A DNA stretch of 64,000 bases, taken from assembly GCF_009914755.1 (NCBI RefSeq), contig NC_060940.1; one strand, 5' to 3'. A program made the translations under genes and the position numbers. Source of the DNA: the human T2T-CHM13v2.0 reference genome, Homo sapiens. The notes below the pieces were generated by a model that ran no database searches, was not told the DNA's origin, and saw only the letters and a list, made by a program, of their open reading frames with translations. Positions 1 to 30,070 of this stretch are shown here, one piece after another. Every line of letters begins with the position of its first letter. Position 1 is the stretch's first letter.

Positions 1-155
1 ATGCTCCAGTGCAGATCAGGAAGGAGCAGGGGGTGAAATGTTACAAATTCTAGAACTCAGAGAGCTGAAGGTAATTACTTCCTTTTCAAGTTGTGAAACA
101 TGTTAACCTGTGGGAAAATACTTATAAGATGATAATTACCATCTAACCGTGTTGA

Positions 156-469
<314 letters not shown>

Positions 470-488
470 TGAGCTACCGCACTTGGGC

Positions 489-525
<37 letters not shown>

Positions 526-816
526 AGACAGAGTTTCAATTTTGTTGCCCAGGTTTGGAGTGCAATGGCACAATCTCAGCTCACCACAACCTTTTCCTGC
601 TGGGTTCAAGTGATTCTCCTGCCTCAGCCTCCTGACTAGCTGGGACTACAGGCATGCACCACCATGCCTGGCTAATTTTGTATTTTTAGCAGAGACAGCG
701 TTTCTCCATGTTGGTGAGGCTGGTCTCAAACTCCCGACCTCAGGTGATCCGCCTGCCTCGGCCTCCCAAAGTGCTGGGATTACAGGAGTGAGCCACCGTG
801 CCAGCCTCATGTCATT

Positions 817-819
<3 letters not shown>

Positions 820-854
<35 letters not shown>
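820..854. repeat. (TG)n microsatellite
   Basis: Direct reading. Confidence 0.9.
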
Positions 855-855
<1 letters not shown>

Positions 856-1160
856 CAGAGTCTCATTCTGTCGCTCAGGCTGGAGTACAGTGGTGTGATC
901 TCGGCTCACTGCAACCTCCGCCTCCCAGCTTCAAATGGTTCTCTGCCTCAGCCTCCCGAGTAGCTTGGATTACAGGCGCCCGCTGCCATGCCTGGCTAAT
1001 TTTTGTATTTTTAGTAGAGACAGGGTTTCACCATCTTGGCCAGGCTGGTCTTGAACTCCTGACCCCGTGATCCACCTGCCTCGGCCTCCCAAAGTACTGG
1101 GATTATTTATACGCATGAGCCACCGTGCCCAGCCGTCATTCTTATATTATTATTTCCTAG

Positions 1161-7879
<6,719 letters not shown>

Positions 7880-7884
7880 CGAAG

Positions 7885-7914
7885 AATAAATAAATAATAT
7901 AAAAATAAAATAAA
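7885..7914 (+). terminator. NPIP polyadenylation signals (overlapping AATAAA)
   Basis: AATAAA at 7885-7890 and further copies just after the stop, followed by T/GT-rich sequence. Confidence 0.7.
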
Positions 7915-8884
7915 TACTGCAGTCCTTATGTTATTGCTTTGTTTCAATATCTGGTATGATTGCCTGAGGGACCTGAGGTATTTAATTAATTGTAGGGTTT
8001 TTTTTTAAATCTTTAGAAGTGGTTGGTTATGTAAAATATTATTATTATTATTATTTTTTTTTGAGACTGGGTTTTGCTCTGTCACCCAGGCTGGAGTGCA
8101 GTGGCTCGATCACAGCTCACTGCAGCCTCAACCTCCTGGGCTTCAAGCAATCCTCCTGCCTCAGCCTCCCAAGTAGCTGGGATCACAGATGTATGTGTGC
8201 CACCACGCCTGGCCAATGTTAAAAAATCCTTTAACTTTTTTGTAGAGATGCACTCCTGGACTCAAGCGATCCTCCTACTGGTCCCGACCACCAGCCTCTT
8301 TCTGATAAACATTTACACTGTTTATTATCTGATGCCATTTCTATCTTCTTCCTTGTCGTCCAGACATCAAAGAATTAGGTTTCTTCAGGGTTTTCTTTTT
8401 CAAGTCCTCATTGTTAAAGATCACTCACATTAGGGCCAGACACCACGACTCATGCCTGTAATCCCAGCACTTTGGGAGGCCGAGGCGGGCAGAGCACTTG
8501 AGGTGGGGAGTTTGAGACCAGCCCGGCCAACTTGGTGAAACCCCACCTCTACTGAAAAACATACAAAAATTAGCTGGGCGTGATGGTGCATGCCTGTAGT
8601 CCTAGCCACTTGGGAGGCTGAGGCATGAGAATCGCTTGAACCCAGGAGGCAGAGGTTGTAGTGAGCCAAGATCACATCAGCACACTCTAGCCTGGGTGAC
8701 AGAGCGAGACTCTGACTCAAAAAATAAATAAAATAAATATCACTTACATTAGATATACCCAAGGGGTGTTCTATAGAGAGTTGGAAGCAGTGGTTATTGC
8801 AACAGGGGCACGGAAGTCATCTGGCTATGCCAGGATGCCCAGGGGATACTCGGGGTGGGTGGCATGGTGCTGCTGGGGACTCAT

Positions 8885-8991
8885 CGCACAGGACGCTCTG
8901 ATTGACGCACTGCCAGGAGTAGCGCTCTGTCTTGGGGCTGCAGCCGGCCTCCTCAGCTCGAGTGTAACAACAGTCGTGGCCATGGCAGCAC
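8885..8991 (-). pseudogene. PLA2G10: PLA2G10 (group X secreted phospholipase A2) pseudogene exon 3
   Basis: Encodes (W)CCHGHDCCYTRAEEAGCSPKTERYSWQCVNQSVLC with the catalytic HD motif. The cag acceptor is intact, the donor is mutated to ATGAGT, and no exon 4 follows. Confidence 0.93.
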
Positions 8992-9108
8992 CTGCGGATG
9001 TCACATGGGCAGGACAGCAGGTGGGTGAAGCTCTCTCCTGGCCCTCCTCTCTTGCCAGGACCATGGGTGACTGAAGACCCCCAGGGAGGCACAGCATCCT
9101 CTTATCTA

Positions 9109-9148
<40 letters not shown>

Positions 9149-10163
9149 GACAGGGTCTTTCTCTGTCGCCCAGGCTGGACTGCAGAGGCACAATCATAGC
9201 TCACGGCAGCCTTGAACTCCTGGGCTCAAGCGATCCTCCTACTTCAGTGTCCCAAGTAGCTGAGACTACAGGCACACGCCAGCATGCCCGGCTGGTTTTT
9301 TAATTTGTATTTCCTTTGAGACAGCGTATCTCTCTGTTGCTCAGGCTGGGGTGCAATGGCTCCATCAGCTCACTTTAGCCTTGAACTCCCGGGCTCAAGT
9401 GATACTGCCACCTCAACCTCCCAAGTATGCTACTGCAGGAACACAAACTCCTTTTTTAAATTTTTTGTGGATATGGGGTCTATGTTGCCTAGGCTGGTCT
9501 CGAACTCCCAGGCTCAAGCAGTCCTCCTACCTCAGCCTCCCCAAATGCTGGGATTACAGGTGGGAGCTACTGTATGCCTGGCCTTATCTAAGCTGTTTCC
9601 CTGAAAATCCCCGACTTCGGTAATGATTCCATTGGCCCCACCATGCCCTGTCCTGCCTTCCTGGCTGTGCCCAAGCTTGGTCCCTGCCTGCCTGCCTCAC
9701 TCTCTGGGTCTCGAGCTCCTGTGACACATGACTCCTCTCTCTTCCTGGAGTGATCCAAGCCCTGCCACTTCCTGACCTTGCCCACACTGTACCCTCTGCC
9801 TGGGGCAACTTCATGTCTGCCCATTGTCCCTTAGGCCTCAGCCCAGGCACAAGCCCCTGCCTCCGGAGGTCATCCAGGCCTCACCAGGTTACACCCTCTC
9901 GTAAAATTGGATTCCCTCCCTTCAGGGCAGGTTTATAATGAAATCCTCCTCAGAGGCCAGGTGCGGTGACACCCATCTGTAATCCCAGCACTTTGGGAGG
10001 CTGAGGTGGGAGGATCACTTGAGGCCAGGGGGTCGAGACCAGCCTGAGCAACATAAGAGAGATTCTTGTCTCTATAACAAATTTAAAAATTAGCTCACCA
10101 GGCCAGGCTCAGTGGCTCATGCCTGTAATCCCAACACTTTGAGAGGCCGAGGCAGGTGGATCA

Positions 10164-10435
<272 letters not shown>

Positions 10436-10801
10436 CTAGCTACTTGGGAGGCTGAGGTGGGAGGATTCCCTCCAGCCCAGGAGTTTGAGGCTGCAGTGAG
10501 CCACTATGATTGTGCCACTGCACTCTAACCTGGGCAAAAGCGAGACCCCAGGCTAGAGTGCATGATTTTGGGTCACTGCAACCTCCACCTCCCAGGTTCA
10601 AGTGATTCTCCTGCCTCAGCCTCTTGAGTAGCTGGGACTACAGGCATGTGCCACCACGCCTGGGTAATTTTTGTATTTTTAGTAGAGACAGGGTTTAGTA
10701 GAGACCATGGTGAAACCCCGTCTCTATAAAACAAATCTCTACTAACCCCATCTCTACAAAAAACAGCTGGGCGTGGTAGTGCACACCTGTAATTCCAGCT
10801 A

Positions 10802-10909
<108 letters not shown>

Positions 10910-11201
10910 TCAAAAAAAAGAAAAAGGAACAAACAACAGCAACAACAAAAAAACCTCTGTGTCAATCACAGCCTTCAAGCTAGGGGAGAGGCGGCCGAAT
11001 TCTGCCCTCTGCTAACTAACTATAGCTTTGTGGAAATGGGTGAGTGGCATGCCCCTGTGAGCCTCAGGGCCCCATCTGTAAAATGGGCATAACTGTCATG
11101 CCCGTCTTTAAGAACAGCCTTGGGGGTAAATGAGTGGAACTCATGGAAAGATCTCAGCCCACAACCTTCCACAGAACAGGCGCTTCTCACACAGTAAGTA
11201 G

Positions 11202-12230
<1,029 letters not shown>

Positions 12231-12455
12231 TAAGGCAACGTTTTCAGCCCATGGCCAGGGTAAGGGGCAGCTGGTACCAAGATCTGGCTTCACTGGCCAT
12301 GTTATCCAAGAGGCCTCTGCCTGCCTGCAAAGTAGTACTGCACACTGGGATCTCCCTGGACCAAACCCCAGCTTCAGTTTTGGGTACTTCCTCATAAGCC
12401 TTGACTACCCCAGAGTGTGAGGGATTTTGTAGCCTGGTCCCAGGCATGCACTCAC

Positions 12456-12606
12456 CAGTCAATGGCATCGCAGGGCTGGCCATGGCCTCCCAAGCCACAA
12501 AAGGAACCATATTTCGTATAGGCGATGGGAGTCTAGGGACCAACACAACCCACAATTCCTGCCAGTTCCAGGATCCCACGCCGGTGCACACATAATATCC
12601 TGGAGG
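12456..12606 (-). pseudogene. PLA2G10: PLA2G10 pseudogene exon 2
   Basis: Encodes ASRILCVHRR-GILELAGIVGCVGP*TPIAYTKYGSFCGLGGHGQPCDAID. In-frame TAG at 12533-12535 and a Ca-loop change YGCFCG>YGSFCG; cag and gtgagt splice sites are intact. Confidence 0.93.
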
Positions 12607-13021
12607 CTGGGGGGTAAACGAAGGTGACAGGCTGCAGGTCAGGGCTTCCCAGACCCCTGGGAAGGGCATGAGCCTGAGAAGAGCCTAGGTGTTACAGCCT
12701 GGCTGTCTGGGTTTGAATCCTACTTCCTAGCTGTGTGACCTTGGACGAATTCCTAACCTCTCTGGGCCTTGGTTTCCTCATCTGTGAAATGGGGGATAAG
12801 CTGACTTCAACTCATATGAATGAAATGAGATAATGAGTATAAAGCCCCTGGTGCATGAAAAGGCTATTATAATCCGGCTGGGCTCAGTGGCTCACACCTG
12901 TAATCCCAAGACTTTGGGAGGCCCAGGTGGGCAGATCACCTGAGGTCAGCAGTTCAAGATCAGCCTGGCCAACATGGTGAAACCCCATCTGTAGTAAAAA
13001 TACAAAAATTAGCTGAGCCTA

Positions 13022-13180
<159 letters not shown>

Positions 13181-13764
13181 CTATTATAATCAAGGTCCTC
13201 AAGGTAGCCAAGAAGGGAAAAAAGAGTCGTGCATGAAACGTTTGTCCAGTTCCCTGTGTTGGGCACTGGGCATCACGGATGTGCCTACAGGTGTCTGTCA
13301 CCAAGGTGGGCTCCTCTGTGGCAGCTCCCGGGCCCTGGCACTGCCCTGTGCTCATGACTTCCCCTCCAGACTCAGGGCCCTTGGTATCTCCTCTTATTTT
13401 CACTGCCAGACAGGAAGGCCCCTTGGCCTGAGTCCAGCCATTTTTCTAGATCCTGGCACAGCTTGGACATGTAATGGTGCCCAACGCATGTGACTGGAAC
13501 CCCTGCATTGGACATGAAGGAAACGAGGCCAGCTGGGAAAGGTAACCCCACATTCCCACAGCCAGCAGGAACCCAAGCAGAGGCTTCAACCCAGGCTTCT
13601 GACTTGCAAACCAGTGCTCCTTCCTCCTTACACAGTAACAACAGGGGAAGGTGGCCTTCTGGGTTGCCAGAGCCGAGTGGTACCAGCAATAGAGTGGAAA
13701 CTCACACACAGGCTTGCCTGCTTCCTGGGTTAGGGTTAGGGTTTATATGGCTCCGGGAGGTTGA

Positions 13765-14257
<493 letters not shown>

Positions 14258-14455
14258 TAAATTTTTAGTAGATCTGGGGTCTCACTATGTTGCCCAGGCT
14301 GTTCACAAACTCCTGGCCTCAAGTGATTCTCCTGCCTTGGCCTCCGAAGGCGCTGGGATTCCAGGCATGAGCCACCATGCCCAGTCTCATTTCTGTTTTA
14401 TCTAGAACATGTTTTCATCACACTGACTTTTTTGAGAAGTCCAGGCCAGATTTAA

Positions 14456-16218
<1,763 letters not shown>

Positions 16219-18053
16219 ACAAAAAATTAAAATTTAGCCGGACATGGTTGTGTGTGCCAGTAGTCCAAGCTGCTGGGGAGACTGAGGCAGGAGGATCACT
16301 TGAGCCCAGGAACTTAAGGTCTATTTAAGTAAAGGGTACAGTGAGCTATGATTATACCACTGCACTCCAGCCTGGGGAATAGAGCAAGACCCTGTCTCTA
16401 AAAAAAGGTAACAAAATAACATGAATGGATTCCATTTTAAGAGAATGAAGCATCATTGTGTAAGACTATGAAATTGGAAGCAAAGAGCATGAAGCCCAAA
16501 AAAAAAAAAAAACCATCTGAAGTCAGGGTGCCTGGGGTCAGAGGTGGGGGGAGGATTGAAGAGGTGCAGATGTAAAAAACTGAAGCTACTGTGACCAGTG
16601 GATTCGGGAGTTGAAGGAGTCAAGAATGACACATTCTCCTGACTGGAGGATAAACAAATATGACTGTTTTCAAGAAATAGCTGGAATATTCTTTGTGTTC
16701 AGAAGTACAAGAACAGCACATATGGAGGGCGGACTGATACTGAAGTTGAAGAGAAGCCTTCTGACGTGCACTAACTAGATTCTAGACTCAGCTTCTGTCA
16801 CAAGGAGCCCCAAACAGTGACTCAGCAAAATAGCTTATTTCTCATGTGACAGTTCAGAGGTGATTGGTCCAGGGTTAGGGTTAGACAACAACCGTTATGC
16901 AAAATCATCTAGGGACCCAGGGCTGCGCTGTCATGTTGCTCTTGCATCCCCAAGGTTGTCATCTGTGTGGTTAAAGCGGCTCACCAGCCCCAAGTCCTCG
17001 TTCAAGCCCATGCAAAAGGAAGCGGAAATACAGGGCCTGGAAATTACACTGATCCCATTGGCCAGAACTTAGTCTCACCTTCTTACCACCCTATATGCGA
17101 GACTAAAATGCCTCTAGCTGGATAGTTACATGTTCATTTAAACTTGGGTCATTTTGTTTCTAAATGAAGGGAAGGGGCACAAGTATTAGTCTGTCACAGA
17201 AGAGAAAGAACAGAGAGAAATGTTTTGAAGGGAATGACTTATAAATAGTTACCCGATGTCTGGTCGTGGCTGACATCAGAGCCAGCATGTTGACCACTTC
17301 CATACTGCGTGCTTTAGCTGCCTTATCTCACTTAATCTCAGAATAACCCTATTGTCATTCCCAACTTGTAGATGGGAAAACAGACCCAAAGAGAAGTGAT
17401 TTACCTTCCACACAACGGGGAAGTAAGGGGGCTAGGTGCACGTCAAGGCAGCCTGTGCCTGGCTCTTATACCTGGTGCTGCTTACATTTCCAGAGGGGGC
17501 AGCCTAGAGGAGAGGCCTAGGGACTGGACTCAACGTGCGAGTGCTTGGTGGAAGGGAAGCCAGAGGTTCGAGTGGCCAGAGGTTAAGAACCAGGGAGGAG
17601 CAGTGATGAAAAGGCTGGAGAGCTTATGCATTTCAGGGCTGGGCTGCCAAGTACCTCACTTGGCCAGTTCAGCATTCTTAGGCAGGAGGCACAGCCATTG
17701 TGTTGTCCAATGCCAGGGTATATACCTTTTTCAGTTTCCAATCTACCAATGGTGACCTTTGAACAGCATTGTCAAACCCTTTTCTGCCCAGGGCTAGATA
17801 GTATATATTTTAAGCTTTGTGGGCCACACGTGGATTGTCACTCCTTTTCTTAACTTTTTTTTTTTTTTTTTGAGACAGGGTCTCCGCTCTGTCGCCCAGG
17901 CTGTTAACTACCGTTAACATTTTAATGCCTCTCTTTCTGGTGTGTGTATATTTATTACTAGACTGGAATCATCCTATATCTATGTCATCTGTTGCTGTTT
18001 CCTGTCCCTTTACATAAAGTGAGCTGCTTTCTGAAATTTTATTTATTTTATAA

Positions 18054-18356
<303 letters not shown>

Positions 18357-19096
18357 TAGCTAATCCCCTGGGTTGGAAGGTGGGAGGGCATAGGGGCCAA
18401 AAGGACAAGGCTCAAGTCAAGATGCCTGGGTTCACATTCCAGCCCTTCCCTTAGAAGCTGCCACCCTTGGGACAATCTCGCTTCTCTAAGCCTCAGCGGC
18501 TTCATCTGTGAAAGAATCATCTCTCTTTGTTGGAGTTGCTGTGCATTCCGTGAAAGGGCCGTATATGCCAAGTGACCCTCATGCCAAAGGAGCCAAAAAA
18601 AAAAAGGAAGCAGACAAATCCAGTTTGTCAGTTTTGGGTGATTTATTAAGGAACTTACACACAAAAGCATGGTCTTGGGCTGCGCCATGACAGATCTCCA
18701 CACCACAGCCCCAAGACCTACCGCTTATGTCTTGGAGCAAAAGCATAGTGCTCTGGAAGGAATGTATAGGTGGCTACAGTGCTCACAGCCTGTCATTTCT
18801 GCAACAACAGGGTGGTTTTGGAGGAAATTTACAATTAACAGACGTTCCTACATAAACAGTCATACATCCACCAGGCATGGTGGCACACACCTATAGTCCC
18901 AGCAACTCAGAAGACTGAGGTGGGAGGATCACCTGAGCCTGGAAGGTCGAGGCTTCAGTGAGCTGTCATCACACCACTGCATTCCAACCTGGGTGACAGA
19001 CAGACTGTCTCAAGACACAAAAGCACGAGAAGAGAAGCAGTTTGAATAAAGTACTGTCTCTAATGAAAAGTACTTTAGGCTGGGCATGGTGGCTCA

Positions 19097-19393
<297 letters not shown>

Positions 19394-19424
19394 TTAAAAA
19401 AGCCAGACGTAGGCAGGTGGATCA

Positions 19425-19674
<250 letters not shown>

Positions 19675-20519
19675 TCACACCAGTAATCCCAGCCCTTTGG
19701 GAGGCCAAGTCGGGAGGATTGCCTGAGCCCAGGAGTTTGAGACCAGCATGGACAACATGGTGACACCCGTCTTTATAAAAATTTTTTAAAAAATAAAAGG
19801 TAATACATCAAGACTGTGTACAGTGGCTCATGCCTGTAATCTCAGCACTTTGGGAGGCCAAGGCGAGAATTGCTTGAGATCAGGAATTTGAGACCACCCT
19901 GGGCAACATAACAAGACCCCAACTCTACAAAAAAAAAATTTTAATGAGCAGGGGGCATTTGTTGAGCTGGCCTATTGTCCCAGCTACTTGGAGGCTGACA
20001 GTTCAAGTGCCAGGGTCCGAGCCAGATGTGGGGTGTAACCTATGGTGAACGGGTTGTGGTCTGTATCACACCAGAGTTCATAGCCTAAGTAAAGGGGAGA
20101 GGAGGCAGCGACTGTGCTGCCGGGGTGGGAACCAAACTTCCCTTTCAGTCTCTTCCACTGACCTGACACTTCCCTTGTAGGGCCTCAGGATCCTCATCTT
20201 TCTAATGAAGAGGATCGTTTCCAAAGGATGGCAAACTTCAGTACCTTCTAATCAGTTATCTAAATTTTTTTTTTTTTTGAGACGGAGTCTTGCTCTGTCA
20301 CCCAGGCTGGAGTGCAGTGGCGTGATCTTGGCTCACTGCAGCCTCTGCCTCGGATTCAAGCGATTCTCCTGCCTCAGCCTCCTGAGTAGCTGGGATTACA
20401 GGCATCCACCACCATGCCTGGCTATCAGTTATCTAATTTTATTTTACTTAAAATTATTGAGGTGAAATAACATAAAGTAACCATTTTATTTATTTATTTC
20501 TATTTATTTATTTATTTGA

Positions 20520-20681
<162 letters not shown>

Positions 20682-20884
20682 TAGTAGAGATGGGTTTCGC
20701 CATGTTGACCTGGCTGGTCTCGAACTCCTGACCTCAGGTGATCTGCCCACTTTGGCCTCCCAAAGTATTTATTTTATTTTGAGACAGGGTCTTGCTCTGT
20801 CATCCTGGCTGGAGTGCAATGATAGCTCACTGCAGCCTTGAACGAACTCGTGGGTTCTCAGCCTCCATCTCAGCCTCCAGATAA

Positions 20885-21103
<219 letters not shown>

Positions 21104-21400
21104 TGAGGTTTCACCATATTGGCCAAGCTGGTCTCAAACTTCTGATCTCGGGTGATCCACCTGCCTCAGTCTCCCAAAGTGCCATGCCCAGCTAATTTTT
21201 AAATTGAGACCAGGTCTCCCTGTGTTAACCATGCTGATCTTGAACTTCCAGGATCAAGTGATCCTTCTGCCTGCGCCTCCCAAAGTGCTGGAATTCCAGG
21301 CATAAGCCATCATGGCTGGCCTGATTTTTTAAAAGAAACAGAAATTGGGATTTTATTGTGAAATCTCCTGATCTTAGTATATTGGATTTCATTATTTTTA

Positions 21401-21504
21401 CATCAGGCAGATAATGTGTCAATGTCAAAACAAGGTTTGAGGGAGGTGCAACTCACGCATGAGCATGGAAACACAGTCATCACGTTTATGAACTACAAAA
21501 AGAT
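21401..21504 (-). ncRNA. U13 (SNORD13-like) snoRNA retropseudogene
   Basis: Minus strand ATCTTTTTGTAGTTCATAAACGTGATGACTG...CCCTCAAACCTTGTTTTGACATTGACACATTATCTGCCTGATG is colinear with recalled U13; box C TGATGA and box D CTGA present; A-rich tail follows. Confidence 0.85.
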
Positions 21505-21651
21505 GTGGCTTTAATTATTTGAAAGACATCTTGGCCAGGCCCGGTGGCTCACTCCTGTAATCCCAGCACTTTGGGAGGCCGAGGCAGGTGGATCACCTGA
21601 GGTCAGGAGATCGAGACCATACTGGTCAACATGGTGAAACCCTGTCTCTAC

Positions 21652-22171
<520 letters not shown>

Positions 22172-22287
22172 TCAATACTATATAAGACAAGCAGGCCGGG
22201 CGCGGTGGCTCAAGCCTGTAATCCTAGCACTTTGGGAGGCCGAGGTGGGCGGATCACAAGGTCAGGAGATCGAGACCATCCTGGCTA

Positions 22288-22579
<292 letters not shown>

Positions 22580-22967
22580 TTATTGAGACTTCCATGCAGA
22601 ACTTTGTGGAAAGCAAAGCACTGGGGAGAGATTCCATGAACATCATTCATTTAAACACCCATTTGTTATTTTATTTTATTTATTTATTTTATTTTATTTT
22701 TTTGAGACGGAGTCTTGCTCTTGTCACCCAGGCTGGAGTGTAGTGGCGTGATCTCAGCTCACTGCAACCTCCGTCTCCTGGGTTCAAGTGATTCTGCCGC
22801 CTCCTCCTGAGTAGCTGGGATTACAGGCGCCCACCCCAACACCTGGCTAATTTTGGTACTTTTAGTAGAGATGGGATTTCGCCATGCTGGCCAGGCTGGT
22901 CTTGAACCCCTGACCTCAGTTGATCCGCCCGCCTTGGCCTCCCAAAGTGCTGGGATTACAGGCGTGA

Positions 22968-23596
<629 letters not shown>

Positions 23597-23769
23597 TAGA
23601 CTTTTATTATATTTTTTGAGACAGGGTCTCACTGTGTCTCCCAGGCTGGTGTGCAGTGGTACAAGCACAGCTCACTGAAGCCTCCCAGCTCAAGCAATCC
23701 TCTCACCTCAGCCTCCCGGGTAGCTGGAACGTGCCACCACACCTGGCTAATTTTTCTATTTTTTGGTAG

Positions 23770-23886
<117 letters not shown>

Positions 23887-24478
23887 TAAACACCCATTTA
23901 TTGTGCACTTTCTCTGCACCAGGCCCTGATCTGAGCCCCATGCACAGATGTGAACAAGACCTTACTCTCCAGGGACCAGGGGAAAGAAGTGCTACTTCTG
24001 TGCTCTGGAGAACCGAGTTCTCCAATCAGAAAAGATGAGAATGGAGGCCAGGTGCAGTGGTGACTAACGCCTGTACTCACACTTTGGGAGGCCGAGGCAG
24101 GAGGATCACCTGAGGTTAGGAGTTCGAGAGCAGCCTGGCCAACATGGTGAAAACCTATCTCTACTAAAAATACAAAAATTAGCCAGGTGTGGTGCCGTGT
24201 GCCTGTAATCCCAGCTACTTGGGAGGCTGAGGCAGAAGAATTGCTTGAACCTGGGAGGTAGAGTTTGCAGTGAGCTGAGATTCCCGCCACTGCACTCCAG
24301 CCTGGGGGACAGAGAGACTGTCTCAAAAAAAAAAAAAAGTTTTTTAAATTTAAAAAGGCAGCCGGGCACAGTGGCTCACGCCTGTAATCCCAGCACTTTG
24401 GGAGGCCGAGGCGGGCAGATCATGAGGTCAGGAGATCGAGAACCTCCTGGCTAACACAGTGAAACCCCATCTCTACTA

Positions 24479-25816
<1,338 letters not shown>

Positions 25817-26289
25817 TAGCAGCCTTGACCTCCTAGGCTCAAGCAAGCCCCCTGCCTCAGTCCCCCAAGCAGCTGGAACTACAGATATGTGCCACCATGT
25901 CCGGCTAATTTTTTTTTTTTTTTGAGGTGGAGTCTCGCTCTGTTGCACAGGCTGTAGTACAGTGGTGTGATCTTGGCTCACTGCAACTTCTGCCTCCCAG
26001 AGGCAGAGGATTACTCACACCTGTAATCCCAGTTTAGGGAGGCTGAAGCGGGCAGACAGCTTGAGGCCAGGAGTTTGACACCATCCTGGCCAACATGGTG
26101 AAAGCCTGTCTCTGCTAAATAAAAAAATTAGCCAGGCATGGTGGCACATGCCTGTGGTCCCAGCTACTCAGGAGGCTGAGGCACAAGAATCGCTCGAACC
26201 CAGGAGGCGTAGTTTTCAGTGAGCTGAGATCTCACCACTGCACTCCAGCCTGGGCGACAAGAGACTTCGTCTCAAAAAAAAAAAAAAAG

Positions 26290-26600
26290 AAAGATAATAA
26301 AGATGAGCAGAAATAAATGCAGCAGAGAATAAAAAATAGAGGAAGTAAGTAAAACCAAAATAATTTGGTTCTTTGAAAAATCCATAAAATTGATGAACCT
26401 TTAGATGGACTGACCAAGAAAAAAGCAGAGGAGACTCAAACTGCAAAACAGGAGCAAAAGAGGAGACATCACTACCAACATTAGATAAGTAAAAGAATTA
26501 TCAGGGAATACTATGAACAGTTGTATGCCAACAAATTAGATGAAAGGAACAAATTCCTAGGGGTATTTAAACACCAAACTTAAGAAGAAATATAAAATCT
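26290..26600 (+). mobile_element. Old L1 (L1M-type) ORF2 fragment
   Basis: ggttctttgaaaaatccataaaattgatgaacc and ctatgaacagttgtatgccaacaaattaga are L1 ORF2-like motifs. Confidence 0.65.
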
Positions 26601-26897
26601 AGGCCAGGCATGGTGGCTCACGTCTGTAATCCCAGCACTTTGAGGGGCTGAGTCAAGTAGATCATCTGAGATCAGGAGTTTGAGACCAGCCTGACCAACA
26701 TGGTGAAACCTCATGTCTACTAAAGATACAAAAAATTAGCCAGGCAAGTGGCGCACGCCTGTAATCCCAGCTGAGGCAGGAGAATCACTTAAACCGGGGA
26801 GGTGGAGGTTGCAGTAAGCTGAGATTGTGCCATTGGGAGGAAAGCAGGTAGAAGGTGGGATCCGAGAGCAGCACACAGTAAGTGTCAATTGTCCTAG

Positions 26898-27291
<394 letters not shown>

Positions 27292-27345
27292 TAACATATT
27301 ATTTTGTACATGTCAAGCTTTTTTCCCCTTTTTTTTTTTTTTTAA

Positions 27346-28032
<687 letters not shown>

Positions 28033-28749
28033 CCTGGGTAAGTTTTTTAAAAGTGTTATTTGTAGAGACGGAGTCTGGCTGTGTTGCCTGGGCTGGTCTC
28101 AAACTCCTGGCTTCAAGTTATCCTCCTGCCTCAGCCTCCCAAAGCTCTGGCATTACAGGTGTGAGCCACTGCACCCAGACTCAGACTTTTTTTAAGGGAA
28201 AGAATGGGAGTATAGGTGGGGAGACACACTTTGGGAGGCCAAGGTGGGAGGATCACTTGGGCCGGGGGTTCAAGACCAGCCTGGGCAACAAAGTGAGACC
28301 TCGTATTTACCAAAAATACAAAAAATTAGCTGGGCTTGGTGGTGTGGGTTTGGGAGGCTGAGGTGAGAGGATTGCATAAGCTGTAGGAGCCCGAGGCTGC
28401 AACGAGCTGTGATCGCGCCATTGCGCTCTAACTTGGGCTAGACAATGAGATCCTGTCTCAAACCAAAACAAAACAAAACAGATAATTGTCAAATTGCTGT
28501 TTTGCTATTGTTGCTTTTTGTTTTTGCTTTGCTTTGCCTTGGAAGTGAAGAAGAGATTCTCATTTAAACCGTTATCTTGAAGTATTGAAGTATCTTTGTG
28601 AGCTAGGGTGCAATTATTTCCTCTGTCCTTGAGACACAGATGATTCCTGTCCAACATTCCCAAGGAACTCAGTAAGGACCAAATAGAGACTCAGGAAAGA
28701 CAGTTACTGATTTTACACTGTTGCAAAACAGAGCTATGGTTTATGTTTA

Positions 28750-28971
<222 letters not shown>

Positions 28972-29104
28972 TCAGAGGATGCAGTGAGCCGAGATCACGA
29001 CACTGTACTCCAGCCTGGGTGACAGAGCGAGACTCTGTCTCAAAAAAAACACAAAAAACATAAAAACCAAATTGCTGTATTTTATTTTGTGAAATAGGGT
29101 CTAG

Positions 29105-29496
<392 letters not shown>

Positions 29497-30070
29497 TAGT
29501 AGAGACAGGGTTTTGTCATGTTGGCCAGGCTGGTCTCAAACTTCTGGCCTCAGGTGATCCACTTGCCTCGGCCTCCCAAAGTGTTGGGATAACAGGCATG
29601 AGCCACTGCGCCGGGCCCATACATATGCATTTAAAAAAATTTATTTATTTATTTCGAGACAGGGTCTCACTCTGTTGCCCAAGCAGGAGTGCAGTGGTGC
29701 TATCTCCCAGGCTCAAGCAATCCTCAGCCTCCCGAGTAGCTGGGACTACAGGTATGTGCCATCACACCCAGATAATTTTTATTATTTTTATTTTTTAAGT
29801 TTTTTGTAGAGATGGAGTTTCACCGTGTCACCCAGGCTGGATATTTTTGTATTTTTGATAGGCCTGTACAGTTTCCAAAGTTGCAACCTTTCCCCCTCCC
29901 TGAGAGTAGGGGCAGCCCCTGCTCTCCCTCTACATCCTCCACAGTCCCGAGGTTTTGGCCTCTGTTTCCTCTGTTTCCTATGCTTGGAACACCGGTCGCT
30001 CTTTTGTTGGTCTGGCTGACTTCTGTTCCTCTTTTAAAAATTTAAGTTTGGCCGGGTGCGGTGGCTCACG

